NCBI GenBank assembly: GCA_035541215.1
Contig: DATKNV010000013.1
Coordinates: forward strand, 8,315-72,314
Reading direction: 5' to 3'
Source of the DNA: Stellaceae bacterium
GTDB lineage: Bacteria; Pseudomonadota; Alphaproteobacteria; ATCC43930; CGMCC-115725
Length of the DNA: 64,000 bases
A program made the translations under genes and the position numbers. Every line of letters starts with the position of its first letter. Position 1 is the stretch's first letter. Positions 9,125-19,572 of the stretch are shown piece after piece. The notes under the pieces are model-generated. The model searched no databases. It was given only the letters and a program-made list of their open reading frames with translations, and had not been told where the DNA came from.

Positions 9125-9336
9125 CGCTCTCAAGCTAGCAGAAGTGCCGCTCGTCCGCGATGCGCTCGACGGTGCGCGAGGTGAAACCGTCGGGCCTCGT
9201 CGCCAAGCATCTTGAATGCCCGGCCGATATTGCACCGTAGTGCGCACTCGGCGGCCAGGAGCCGCACTCTCGCGAGCCTTGGCCTAGAGCTCGGTTGCGA
9301 TGTCTCGAAGAGCCGGCGACGATTGACATCGATCAC

Positions 9337-10284
9337 TCAGTGGCGGCCATAGAAGCGACCGATCGCACTTGCAATGCCGAGGGAGAATCGCGCGACGATC
9401 CTCCTCCGCCTCGACATGACCGGGATCGGCACTCTGACATTGCGCCAATAGAGCTTATGCGCCATATCCGGCCGATACCCCGAGAGCGCGTCGATGAAAT
9501 ACCGGCGTCGCCACGGCTTGGCCCGGCTCACGGCGTGCGACATGACGTAGCCACCCGGCGTGAAGTCCATGCTCGCACCGTCTAATGCGGAGACGGGAAA
9601 TTCTGTCGCCATGAACGCCACGTTGAGCATGTCCTGGTCGGGAAACGCGACCGGGCTGGGGCGGGTACCGTGAGCAAGCTGGGCAAGCGGGACGCCGGAG
9701 CGCTCTATCTGTGCAATCAATGCCTGCCAAATCTCGAGAAGCTCCACCCTGTCCGCAGTCAAACCAAGGAATCCGGCATTGAAATATCCCTCGAGAGGCC
9801 GGCACTCGAAGCCGAGCTCGCCCGCGATCCGCCGCCAATGTTGGCGTAGGGGATGAGTGGCGAGCATTCGAGGTTCGTTGACGTCTGCGCAGACGGCAAT
9901 GCCGCAGGAGACCCATTCCTGGAAAAACTGCCAGGGCGCCTTCACGACGATATCGACGTCGAAGTAAAAGATGCGCCGCGCGCCACTCGCGTCGCGCCGT
10001 AAAATCGAAAGCATGAACGCAGGCTTGTAATTTGTGAGATGGCCCTCGAATTCAATCTTGACGAAGCGAATTACGCACCCCGCGCCCAAATCGTATTCGT
10101 GGTATGGCGGTACCGCGCGTGCAGAGGTCGCCCATGCCGGCAGACGATCCCTGTATCCCGCATAAATCATGCCGGCGAAGCCGGCATTGAATAACGAATT
10201 TACCAGCGCACCGAATCCGAGATGATAGTCGCCATCGAACAATACAAACACTACATCGTCGACCGGTGTCTCTGGTGTGCTCAT
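9337..10284 (-). CDS. GT8-like glycosyltransferase
   Basis: FYFDVDIVV (DxD), YFNAGFLGL and PDQDMLN motifs resemble GT8 family signatures. ATG at 10284. Confidence 0.6.
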   Translation of the reverse strand: MSTPETPVDDVVFVLFDGDYHLGFGALVNSLFNAGFAGMIYAGYRDRLPAWATSARAVPPYHEYDLGAGCVIRFVKIEFEGHLTNYKPAFMLSILRRDASGARRIFYFDVDIVVKAPWQFFQEWVSCGIAVCADVNEPRMLATHPLRQHWRRIAGELGFECRPLEGYFNAGFLGLTADRVELLEIWQALIAQIERSGVPLAQLAHGTRPSPVAFPDQDMLNVAFMATEFPVSALDGASMDFTPGGYVMSHAVSRAKPWRRRYFIDALSGYRPDMAHKLYWRNVRVPIPVMSRRRRIVARFSLGIASAIGRFYGRH

Positions 10285-10490
10285 GCTCTTGCGTCCTCGA
10301 ACGCTCCATTCTGCGCAATTCTTGGCATATGCCTTCGCGGACACCGAAGCGGTAACGGAGACTCAATCGCCGCACCCCGATCGCGGTACGCCGCCGCGAA
10401 ACGCATGTGCGACGCGCAAGCTTGGTGATGACCACGAGATTCTGCCATGCTCAGATTGGAACTACCGAGCGAAATGGACGCTGCGAGCCC

Positions 10491-11300
10491 ATGCCAGAGA
10501 CTAGTCGCCTCCGTCGCTTATTCACCGGCTCCCGGGCCGATCGCGCGATCGCGTTTCGTGCGCTGAAGAGACAAATCGGCGGCATCCTTCTATTTCGAAT
10601 TCTCGGCGGGATCGTCAACCGGGCCAACTCCCCGTTCCTCGTCACTTACAGGCCGGATTTCGACTACGACTTCCGTCGATTTCCCCAATACCGTACACTC
10701 TACGAGACATGGGGAGCTGGGGGCCAGTTCGAGAATCGCGGCGACATCGGCCGCCTCAATCTACTTTGCCTCAATCTGATGCAAGTCTTGCGCGAGGGCG
10801 TGCCCGGCGACGCCGTCGAAGTGGGGGTTTACAAGGGCAACACGGCGAAAGTTCTGAAGGAGCTGCTTCGAGGGACGGGTCGCAGGCTCTTTCTATTCGA
10901 TACTTTTGCCGGCTTCGATCGTTCGGACATCGCCGGCGTGGACGCGCACGTAACGCACACCGGCTTTGCGGATACCTCGCTGGATTCGGTTCGCGACTTC
11001 GTCGGGAGCGACGACACGATATTCGTCCCTGGATATTTCCCCGATAGCGCAAGGGGCGCTGCGCTTCCGCAGACGGTCGCCGTTTTGCACATCGACTGCG
11101 ATCTCTACGCCCCCATGAAAGCGGCCCTCGAGATGTTCTATCCGCGTATGCAACGGGGTGCGTTGATCGTGCTGCACGATTATGCGTCCGGACATTGGCC
11201 GGGCGCCACGCAGGCGATCGACCAGTTCTTCTCCGACAAGGCCGAGACGGTCGTGATAATGCCGGACAAATCCGGCACCGCCGTCGTGCGCAAAGTCTGA
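10491..11300 (+). CDS. TylF/MycF-family class I SAM-dependent O-methyltransferase-like protein
   Basis: VEVGVYKGNTAKVL ... LFDTFAGF ... LHIDCDLY ... ALIVLHDY resembles the macrocin-O-methyltransferase-like family. ATG at 10491. Confidence 0.75.
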   Translation: MPETSRLRRLFTGSRADRAIAFRALKRQIGGILLFRILGGIVNRANSPFLVTYRPDFDYDFRRFPQYRTLYETWGAGGQFENRGDIGRLNLLCLNLMQVLREGVPGDAVEVGVYKGNTAKVLKELLRGTGRRLFLFDTFAGFDRSDIAGVDAHVTHTGFADTSLDSVRDFVGSDDTIFVPGYFPDSARGAALPQTVAVLHIDCDLYAPMKAALEMFYPRMQRGALIVLHDYASGHWPGATQAIDQFFSDKAETVVIMPDKSGTAVVRKV

Positions 11301-11329
11301 CGCCGATCCCCGGCTCATGCGCCGACCGA

Positions 11330-13075
11330 TCACGTGCGCCGCAGAATGAAATTCCCGATCGCCAGCACATCCATCTCGGTTCTGAGGAAGCAATCGAGCG
11401 CCTCCTCCGGGCGGCACACGATGGGCTCGTTCTCGTTGAAGGAGGTGTTGAGCACGATCGGCACGCCCGTGATGTCGCGGAACGCCGAGATCGCGCGATG
11501 GTATCTCGGATTGGCTCCGGCGGTGACGGTCTGTAGCCGGCCCGAGCCGTCCACGTGCGTCACCGCCGGGATTTGCGCGCGGCGCTCCGGGCGGATCTGA
11601 AACACCTTCATCATGAAGGGAACGTCGTCGTCGGTCTCGAACCACTCGCCGACGCTTTCGCGCAGGATCGCGGGCGCAAAGGGCCGGAAGGACTCCCGGC
11701 GCTTGATCTTGAGATTGAGGATGTCCTTCATGTCCGCCCGGCGGGGATCGCCGAGGATCGAGCGATTGCCGAGCGCGCGCGGTCCCCACTCCATCCGGCC
11801 CTGGAACCAGCCGATCACCTTGCCTTCCGCGATCCCCGAAGCGACCTCGCGGCAATAGGCTACCTCGTCATCGATGCGCCGCAGCGCGATCGAGCGCTCT
11901 CCGGCCGATGCAAGACCCGCGGATAGGACGCGCTCGATCTCCGCGTCCGAGTATTCCGGCCCCCAGGAGGCATGCTCCATTACGAAGCTGCGGCGCCCTC
12001 CCGCGACTTCGTGCCAGGTATCGAATGCCGCGCCTACCGCGCCGCCGGCATCGCCCGCCGCAGCCTGGATGTAGCAGCTCTCGAACGGCGTCTCCCGGTG
12101 GATCTTGCCGTTCGCGACGGAGTTGAAGGCGCAGCCCCCCGCCAGCACGAGGCGCGGCAGCCGATAACGCTCATGGAGACGGCTCAGCAGGTTGAAGAAC
12201 GCCTCCTCATAGAGGCGCTGGACCGACCGGGCGATGTCCTTGTGGCGCTGTTCCAGCGGGGCATCCGGCTCGCGCCGCGGCCCCAGCAATCGCTCCAATT
12301 CGTCGCCGGCGAGACGGCCGGAGCTCGGCGCGCAGTCGTTCCATTCATAAAGACGGCGCTCCCGGTGGAAGCGGAAGTAACGGAGATCGAGACGGAAGGT
12401 TCCGTCGCGCCGCAAATCGACGATCTCGCGGAGCTTGCCGAGATAGGCGGGCTCGCCATAGGGAGCGAGGCCCATCACCTTGTATTCGTCGCCGTAATGA
12501 GGAAATCCCAGGTGCTGGGTCATGGCCTCGTAGAAGATGCCGAGGGAATGCGGGAACGGCACGCGTCCGTGAATCTCGACCTGCGTGCCCTTGCCCAGAC
12601 CCCAAGCGGCGCTTGCGAAATCGCCTGAGCCATCGACCGAGACCGCAACCGCCTCGTCGAACGGCGAAACGTAGAAGGCGGAAGCCAAATGCGCGCGATG
12701 ATGCTCGACGTGGCGTATCGAGGCGCGCAAGGCGGCGCCGGGGAAGCAACGCCGGAACTCGTCCTCGATGGAAGCCCAGCGCGCTGCGTGGCGCATCCGG
12801 TCGATGACAAAGCGGGGGGCCGGGCGCTGGCGGAGAGTGAACAGCGCCTTACGCCAGAGATTGGCACGGGGATCGCGGTTGATGGCGACATGATCGACGT
12901 CGGCGAGCGCAATCCCGGCCGCCTCTAGGCAATATTTAATGGCGAGCTCCGGGAACCCCGCCCAATGCTTAACGCGCCGAAACCGCTCCTCTTCCGCCGC
13001 CGCCGACAGCATACCATCGCGCAGGATGCACGCCGACGAGTCGGCGTGGTAAGCGTTAAGACCGAGGATGTACAA
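11330..13075 (-). CDS. carbamoyltransferase (NodU/CmcH family)
   Basis: N-terminus MYILGLNAYHADSSACILRDG...EEERFRRVKH and ~580 aa length are characteristic of NodU/CmcH carbamoyltransferases. Confidence 0.9.
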   Translation of the reverse strand: MYILGLNAYHADSSACILRDGMLSAAAEEERFRRVKHWAGFPELAIKYCLEAAGIALADVDHVAINRDPRANLWRKALFTLRQRPAPRFVIDRMRHAARWASIEDEFRRCFPGAALRASIRHVEHHRAHLASAFYVSPFDEAVAVSVDGSGDFASAAWGLGKGTQVEIHGRVPFPHSLGIFYEAMTQHLGFPHYGDEYKVMGLAPYGEPAYLGKLREIVDLRRDGTFRLDLRYFRFHRERRLYEWNDCAPSSGRLAGDELERLLGPRREPDAPLEQRHKDIARSVQRLYEEAFFNLLSRLHERYRLPRLVLAGGCAFNSVANGKIHRETPFESCYIQAAAGDAGGAVGAAFDTWHEVAGGRRSFVMEHASWGPEYSDAEIERVLSAGLASAGERSIALRRIDDEVAYCREVASGIAEGKVIGWFQGRMEWGPRALGNRSILGDPRRADMKDILNLKIKRRESFRPFAPAILRESVGEWFETDDDVPFMMKVFQIRPERRAQIPAVTHVDGSGRLQTVTAGANPRYHRAISAFRDITGVPIVLNTSFNENEPIVCRPEEALDCFLRTEMDVLAIGNFILRRT

Positions 13076-13234
13076 GAGGCTGACCTCCCCAATATCGCGA
13101 CACTAACATGTCATGAGCACTTTCTTGGTTCTGTTCTTTCGAGCGTCGAACGATCGCGAGAAGCAGCGGAGAAATCGCTCGGAACCGGATGGGTCGCCGG
13201 CGCTCTCGCCCAAGCAAGCAATGCGTCGCGTCGC

Positions 13235-14410
13235 ATGAACATCTTGTGGCTGCCGCATGCCCCGCTGCGAACGGGCCGCACGCGGAGCGATCATTTGATC
13301 GAGAGGCTCGCGGGCCGCCATCGCGTCACCGTCGTGAGTTTCCGCACCCATGCGCGAGCGCATGCATGGCGGTATCTCGGCGACCTCTTCAGTCATCGTT
13401 CCCGCTACGGCGCCACTTACGCCGAGCTTGCGGTTTGCCGATTTCCGAGGGCGACCTCGCTGAACGGCTGGCTGCTCAATCGGGCAATCCGGCGAGAGCT
13501 CGGCCGAGTCCGCCAAGACGTCCTCGTCGTCGCACCGGCCCCCTATCTCACGGGATATCTCGATTTCGCGGCACTACGGGGAAAAATTCCCGTCGTCTGC
13601 GACTATCTCGATGGCGGCGATTGGACGCAGACGCCCGAGGTCACTGAATTCGAGCGCCGGTACATCGCCGCTGCCGATGCCGTAATGTGCGTCTCAAAGG
13701 GACTTTTGCGTCAGGCCTCATCGCTGAACCCGCGCTCGTTCTACGTCCCGAACGGGGTCGAGCTCGATCGCTACCGGACCTTTCGCGCCTCGCACTCGGT
13801 CCGGGAGTGCAAGACGCGGCTGGGCATCGACCCCGACGCATTCGTCGTCTCGATCATCGGAATGACCTGCAGCCCGCGGCTCTATTTCGTGGACGCGATA
13901 GTCGAGCTCGCGAGCAAAGGCAGGAACGTCGTTCTCCTGCTCGTGGGAGACAGTCCGCTCCTGGAGGAAATTCGAAGCCGAGCGGGCGGCGCGAGCCGAG
14001 CGGTCCGTATCGCCGGACCAATTCCCTACGCGGAGATCATGCCCTACTTCATGGCAACGGATCTCGGTCTCTCCGCCGTCGACGAGCATCCCTACTATCA
14101 CTTCCAGTCGCCCCTGAAGATCTTCGAGTACGGCGCCATGGGAAAGCCGGTGCTGGCCTCGCCGCGTGTCGAGGAAGTCGCGGAAACGGCCTTGTCTCAC
14201 GTGCAGTTCTGCGAGGCCGACGCCGAAAGCCTGGCGCGCCACATAGAACGGGCAATGACCGCTGCGGCGCCTGCGCCGGAGCCGGATTTGGAGCGCTATG
14301 ATTGGGATCGCATCGCGCGGACGGTCGAGGAGATTCTCATGGACACGGCCCAGCGATACGCCTCCGAGGCGCCGGGACCCGCCGGGATGCCGGCCGGCCG
14401 AATGCCGTGA
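13235..14410 (+). CDS. glycosyltransferase family 4 (GT-B)
   Basis: C-terminal EYGAMGKPVLAS-type GT1/GT4 motif. ATG at 13235 (MNILWLPH...). Confidence 0.8.
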   Translation: MNILWLPHAPLRTGRTRSDHLIERLAGRHRVTVVSFRTHARAHAWRYLGDLFSHRSRYGATYAELAVCRFPRATSLNGWLLNRAIRRELGRVRQDVLVVAPAPYLTGYLDFAALRGKIPVVCDYLDGGDWTQTPEVTEFERRYIAAADAVMCVSKGLLRQASSLNPRSFYVPNGVELDRYRTFRASHSVRECKTRLGIDPDAFVVSIIGMTCSPRLYFVDAIVELASKGRNVVLLLVGDSPLLEEIRSRAGGASRAVRIAGPIPYAEIMPYFMATDLGLSAVDEHPYYHFQSPLKIFEYGAMGKPVLASPRVEEVAETALSHVQFCEADAESLARHIERAMTAAAPAPEPDLERYDWDRIARTVEEILMDTAQRYASEAPGPAGMPAGRMP

Positions 14411-15459
14411 ATATCCTCATCTCGTCCTATCCCTTCCATCCGAGCATCGGCGGCATCGAGACCGTGACGGAGCTCCTTGCGGGGGAGTTTGTCGCACAAG
14501 GCCACTCCGTAAAGGTCGTGACGATGACGCCGTCGAGCGCGATCGACCCGTTTCCCTACGAGGTCGTTCGACGACCGTCGCCGCGACAGCTCATCAATTT
14601 GGTCCGCGGGTGCGACGTCTACCTACAGCAGAACCTGAGCCTACGGCTCGCCTGGCCGCTCCTGCTGGTCCGTCGGCCGTGGGTCGTAGCGATGCAAACC
14701 TACCTTGGCGACGAAGGCAATCGCGTGAGTTGGGGTCGGCGCCTCAAGTCTGCCGCTCTGCAACTGACAACGAGACTGACGGCGTGCAGTCGAGCGCTCG
14801 CCGACCAAATAGGCGGCGACATCAGCGTGATTCCGAACCCCTATCGCGAGTCGGTCTTCCGTCGCTACAACGACGCCAGCCGGGAATACGATCTCGTATT
14901 CCTGGGACGCCTCGTCTCCGACAAGGGCGTCTCTATTCTATTCGAGGCATTGAGGAGACTCCGCGATGGAGGCCTCGCACCAACTTTGCTGATTATCGGC
15001 AGCGGCCCCGAGGAATGGCGGCTTCGGTCGCAATGCGCGGCGCTCGGGCTGGCGAATCAGGTTGGGTTCTGTGGCGCGCTGCGTGAGAACGAATTGTCGA
15101 AGCGGTTGAACGTATGTCGAATCATGGTCATCCCGTCGATTTGGGATGAGCCATTCGGGATCGTAGCGCTGGAGGGAATCGCGTGTGGTTGCGCAATCGT
15201 GGCATCGAATGCGGGAGGATTGCCCGAGGCGGTAGGACCATGCGGCGTGACGTTCCCCAAGGGCGATGCTGCCGCCTTGGCCGATCGCCTTGTCGAGCTT
15301 CTCGGCGATCCGCGTTCTCTCGCCGCAATGCGCGCCCGCGCCGCGGAACATTTGCTCCGGCATAGGCCGGCCACCGTGGCAGGCGCCTACCTTGAGATAC
15401 TCGGCCGAGCCGTCGATCCTCGAGGCAGAAAGTCCCTTCGCTCGCAGCGCCGTCAATGA
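14407..15459 (+). CDS. glycosyltransferase family 4
   Basis: VNILISSYPFHPSIGGIE N-terminus and EPFGIVALEGIACGCAIVAS motif. The GTG start overlaps the upstream stop (GTGA), suggesting translational coupling. Confidence 0.85.
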   Translation: MNILISSYPFHPSIGGIETVTELLAGEFVAQGHSVKVVTMTPSSAIDPFPYEVVRRPSPRQLINLVRGCDVYLQQNLSLRLAWPLLLVRRPWVVAMQTYLGDEGNRVSWGRRLKSAALQLTTRLTACSRALADQIGGDISVIPNPYRESVFRRYNDASREYDLVFLGRLVSDKGVSILFEALRRLRDGGLAPTLLIIGSGPEEWRLRSQCAALGLANQVGFCGALRENELSKRLNVCRIMVIPSIWDEPFGIVALEGIACGCAIVASNAGGLPEAVGPCGVTFPKGDAAALADRLVELLGDPRSLAAMRARAAEHLLRHRPATVAGAYLEILGRAVDPRGRKSLRSQRRQ

Positions 15460-15497
15460 TCCAAATAGGGCGATGGCATCCGCGATTTGCGGCACGC

Positions 15498-16910
15498 TCA
15501 GGCCCCGGCGCCTTTCGGCACGCTCGACGGGCTTTGGTCTCCGACCATGACGGCTCCGCGCTCCGCCGCTCGACCGAAGGCGGAAGCCACTCCGAGGGTC
15601 AGCCAAAAGAAGACGTTCGTCGGGTCCGTATCGAGCGCCGCGCCCTTCAGGGAGGTGATGATGACGTAAACGACATATATTGCGAGAGGGGCCAGGATCC
15701 GATTGCTGTCCCGCCCCCAATGCCGCACCGCAAGCAAGCTTGCATGGACGGCGATGATGAGCAGCAACGCCGCAACGACGACGAAGCCGACGGTGCCCAG
15801 CTCCGCCGCGGCTTTGGCGAAATAGGATTCGAATCCGAGGCGCGTCTCCGGATCAGCGGCGATCGCCGCAAATCGCGCAGCACTGGTGGAGCTGCCGATG
15901 CCCTCGCCAAACGCCCCATGTCGAACCGCTTCGTCTACCTGTTGAAAGACGAAGCCTCTCCCGTACATCTGCGCCTGCTCCGCGCCGAATGACGCGAGGC
16001 CGAGGGGATCCAACCCCGCCAAGGAAATCGCCCAGAGAGTGGCGGCAATGGCGATCGGCGCCGCGACCAAGAGGCGGCCCCTTATCAAGCCGAACGCCGC
16101 AAACGCGAGGCCATAGAGGGGAAACATGAGGAACGCGCCCTTCGTCCCGCTGAACAGTCCCGCGAGAAGGCCGACGTAGAAGGCGATCCGGCCCATCCGC
16201 TGGTACCGCGGATCCGGGTCCGAGTTGGAGACGATCACCGCCGCCGACAAGAACAGAAACAGGAACGCGACGTATTGCGACGTGAACGAGAAAGTTCCGG
16301 GAATGCGATAAATGCCGCCGCCCACATTGAACGCGCTATATCCCTGCGTCACCGACCTACCGGCCTCACCGAAGAATAGGTCGATGGCCGCGTGATAGCC
16401 GATCAGGCGAATCAACGTCGCCTGCAGCAGCCCGACGCCGCACGCGACGAACCCGCAGAGCAGCAGCGCGCGAAGCACGCGAAAGAGCGCCTCGGGGCGC
16501 TGGGCAAGCGCAATCCCCACGAAGAAGAATGGGATATAGAAGGCCCACACCTTGAGCCCGATGAGCATTCGCAACGCGGCCACCCCGTTCGGATTGAACA
16601 GGCAGATCCCGAGCCACGCCGCAAAGACGCAGAGGCCCAGCGCCAAATCCGCGGGAACCGCCCGCAGCGCCCGGGATCCGGCTTTGGTCAGAAGAAACAC
16701 GGCATATAGCGGCAGGACGATGGCGACGTCGCGGAAGGCGATCGGAAACGGCGTGCTGCCCAGGCGCGCGCCCACGATGCCGCCGAACAGCACCACGACG
16801 ATCAGAAGCTGGAGCCCCTTGACCCAGCTGGTGAACGTCCTCAGTGCGCAAAAAACCCCGACCGCGAGGACGAGGCCGATCAGCACTGAAGAGTGGAAGG
16901 CCTGGGGCAT
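15498..16910 (-). CDS. O-antigen polymerase/ligase-like (Wzy-type) polytopic membrane protein
   Basis: About 10-12 hydrophobic helices with a large loop, located in the EPS operon next to the flippase. Confidence 0.7.
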   Translation of the reverse strand: MPQAFHSSVLIGLVLAVGVFCALRTFTSWVKGLQLLIVVVLFGGIVGARLGSTPFPIAFRDVAIVLPLYAVFLLTKAGSRALRAVPADLALGLCVFAAWLGICLFNPNGVAALRMLIGLKVWAFYIPFFFVGIALAQRPEALFRVLRALLLCGFVACGVGLLQATLIRLIGYHAAIDLFFGEAGRSVTQGYSAFNVGGGIYRIPGTFSFTSQYVAFLFLFLSAAVIVSNSDPDPRYQRMGRIAFYVGLLAGLFSGTKGAFLMFPLYGLAFAAFGLIRGRLLVAAPIAIAATLWAISLAGLDPLGLASFGAEQAQMYGRGFVFQQVDEAVRHGAFGEGIGSSTSAARFAAIAADPETRLGFESYFAKAAAELGTVGFVVVAALLLIIAVHASLLAVRHWGRDSNRILAPLAIYVVYVIITSLKGAALDTDPTNVFFWLTLGVASAFGRAAERGAVMVGDQSPSSVPKGAGA

Positions 16911-17000
16911 GATTAGGCGATGACGAGCGCGGTGAATGAAAGCCGCGGAGCGGCGTCCGAATGAATCCCCATCGACAGTATCACGACCATCGGCGCCTCA

Positions 17001-18296
17001 TCACGTCAGTGCCTTCGGGTCGCGCTGGAATCGGCGGATGAATACGACCGATATCGAGACGTTGGCCGCCAGCATGATCAGTCCCGAGCAAATTGCGACC
17101 CAGAGCACTTGACCCACGGTGGAGACGCCGATCAGGAGCACCATGACGATTTGCGCCGAGAGCTCGAGGGGAATCCAAATGTGGGATGGCGGGAACCACG
17201 CCCGGTTTGCGTTGAGCATCCAAGCCAGACCCACCAGCGATCCGATCGACGTGCTCAGCACCGCGAGCACGAGCTCGGCGGGCAGATGGGCGTATTGCGG
17301 CCCCAGAATCCAAAGGACCGGCTGCGGCGCCATCGCGACGAGCGCGACCGGCGCCAGCACCAAGACCGCAAATCCCGCGAGAATCTGGAAACAAAGTCGG
17401 CCCACTCGTCGCGGATCCTGGCAGCGGGCGTAGCGCGGCACGATGACGTTTTGCATTGTCGCCATGAGCACGGCGAAGATGGCGCCGATGCGGGTGACCG
17501 CGCCGAGATCGGCGACGCCGCCGGAAGAGCCGAAAATGCTCAGCAGCCAAATACTGATCTGCGCCTGAAACACGTAATTCAGGCTGTTGGGGAATTGCCG
17601 GATCGCGACCGACTTCAGCTCGGCGGCGGCCGAGCGATCGCCCGGCGGGTTGCGGCTGACCTTCCCGCGCAGCCAGCGTGCGGTCGCCCAGTATTGCGCG
17701 CCCGATGCGACAACGATCGCGACTATTGCCGTCCCCACCCGCAATCCGAACGCCGCCGCCACCGCGGTCAGAGCGAGGCGCAATGCGCTGCCCGCGAGAC
17801 TGAGGAGCTGAATGAAGCGCGTGGCACCGCTGAGGCGCGCGGCGACGAGATCGACGGAATTGAAGACGGCCAAGCCGCTGCCGGCGACCAGGAGCACGGT
17901 GAGGGTCGCAGCCTCGCCGGCGCTCGCACCGTGTCTGCTCAGCAGCAATACGAACGCCAGCGCCGCTGGGATCAGGATCGATGCTCCCACGGCTCTCATG
18001 GTCGCGCGCGCGGCGTCCAGCACCTGGCCCAGGCGAATCGGGTCTTGCCAGACCCGCCCTCCGATGCCGACCGCCGCGCTCGCCACGCCGCTATCGGCAA
18101 GGACGATCAGGGCGCCGAGCATGGAGTTTGCGATCGTATAGATCGCGTAATCCTGGACCGTGAGCAGGCGCACGATCACGACCCCCGTGACGAAGCCGAT
18201 GAGCTGCGCCAATCCCTGAACGAAGCTGAATTCGACGAAGACGACGGCCCATCGGCGCAAGCGGCCGAATTCGTGGTGCTGCAGCAGACTGCGCAT
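17001..18296 (-). CDS. polysaccharide flippase (MOP/Wzx family)
   Basis: Polytopic membrane protein with a Wzx-like N-terminus (FVQGLAQLIGFVTGVVIVRLL..DYAIY). ATG at 18296. Confidence 0.75.
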   Translation of the reverse strand: MRSLLQHHEFGRLRRWAVVFVEFSFVQGLAQLIGFVTGVVIVRLLTVQDYAIYTIANSMLGALIVLADSGVASAAVGIGGRVWQDPIRLGQVLDAARATMRAVGASILIPAALAFVLLLSRHGASAGEAATLTVLLVAGSGLAVFNSVDLVAARLSGATRFIQLLSLAGSALRLALTAVAAAFGLRVGTAIVAIVVASGAQYWATARWLRGKVSRNPPGDRSAAAELKSVAIRQFPNSLNYVFQAQISIWLLSIFGSSGGVADLGAVTRIGAIFAVLMATMQNVIVPRYARCQDPRRVGRLCFQILAGFAVLVLAPVALVAMAPQPVLWILGPQYAHLPAELVLAVLSTSIGSLVGLAWMLNANRAWFPPSHIWIPLELSAQIVMVLLIGVSTVGQVLWVAICSGLIMLAANVSISVVFIRRFQRDPKALT

Positions 18297-18312
18297 CGGG
18301 GAGCCACCCAAA

Positions 18313-19569
18313 TCAGCGACCGCTCGCGACCATGCGATTTCGCAAGGTCGCAATCAAGAGCCGCTCGCGATTCGCCCATGACATTTGCGCAGCCTTCACC
18401 AAAGCGGCCGCGCTCATCTCCGCGAGCCGGTCGCGGTCGCGCGCGAGCTCCGCGACGCGCGAGACGATCGCCTCCGCGTCGCGAATCGGCACGATGAAGC
18501 CATCTACGCCGTCGGAAACCATCATTCCGGCGCCGCTATTGGGGGTCGCAATCACGGGCAAGCCCTCCGACATCGCCTCCGGGATCACCAATGCCATGCC
18601 CTCGAAGAGCGAGGGGAAGACGAAAACGTCATGCGCGCTCATGATCTCGAGCACTCGCCTTTGCGGCACCGCCCCGAGCCACTCGTGGTGCTGCAGCTCT
18701 CTTTCGAGTGCGGGGCATTCGCTGTCGGATTTGGGCCCGACCAGCGTCAAGGTCGCCAAACCCTCGAGCCGATGCATGGCTTCGAACAGGTAGGACACGC
18801 CCTTTCTTTGGCTCAGATGACCCACGTAGAGGACGCGCAGCCTCTCCTTAAGGGGCTTGCGCGCCAGCGCCTGCGGTCTCGGCGCGGGGGCTCCATAGGG
18901 AATCACGTCTATGCTCGCGCCGAAGCCCGGATGCTCGCGCAACGTTGCCCGCACGAAGTCGCTTGGCACGATGACGTGATCGGCCGCGGAGAGCTCCGCG
19001 TCCTTGCGCGCGTGCTTCTCGCCGCTGTCGCGGAGAACGTCGAGCGTCGGAGCCCATTCCGGCTTGAGCTCCCGCTCTTCCGACAGGATCCGCAACCCCG
19101 CCCGCCAGTAACCGATCGTCAATTCATAGATCCGGCGCATCCCCATCTCGGCGGCGGCCCGGAAGCTTTCGCCCGCGGAATGCTCGTAACCGTAGAAGGC
19201 GGAGGCGTCGGCGGCGCCCCGTCGAATGAGAGCGGCAACGCGCGCGTCGAGAGCTCGCGCGACCGCATCCATCGAGGCCCACCCGGTCTCGTGGCGAGTG
19301 AGCGAGGTCAGCCCCAGGCGCCGAGCCGCCTGGCGCACCAGCTCCCGTGCCGGAAAGGTTCGAATCCGGCGGGGATCGACGCCCTCGAAGACCCGGCGTT
19401 CCAGCTCCGAGCGAATGCCGGCCGGCAGCATTCCCATGATGCGGGACCCGCGACTGAGCGCGATCGTCGTGCAGAAGAGCGCCAGCATGTCCTCGCGCTG
19501 AAGCGCCAGCAGGTCCGCGAGCACGTTCTGGTTGTTGCCGGGATAAGCGAGCAGGACGCTCGGCTGCAT
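18313..19569 (-). CDS. glycosyltransferase family 4
   Basis: VFVFPSLFEGMALVIPEAMSEGLPVIAT motif (E-x7-E type). Confidence 0.85.
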   Translation of the reverse strand: MQPSVLLAYPGNNQNVLADLLALQREDMLALFCTTIALSRGSRIMGMLPAGIRSELERRVFEGVDPRRIRTFPARELVRQAARRLGLTSLTRHETGWASMDAVARALDARVAALIRRGAADASAFYGYEHSAGESFRAAAEMGMRRIYELTIGYWRAGLRILSEERELKPEWAPTLDVLRDSGEKHARKDAELSAADHVIVPSDFVRATLREHPGFGASIDVIPYGAPAPRPQALARKPLKERLRVLYVGHLSQRKGVSYLFEAMHRLEGLATLTLVGPKSDSECPALERELQHHEWLGAVPQRRVLEIMSAHDVFVFPSLFEGMALVIPEAMSEGLPVIATPNSGAGMMVSDGVDGFIVPIRDAEAIVSRVAELARDRDRLAEMSAAALVKAAQMSWANRERLLIATLRNRMVASGR

Positions 19570-19572
19570 CGC

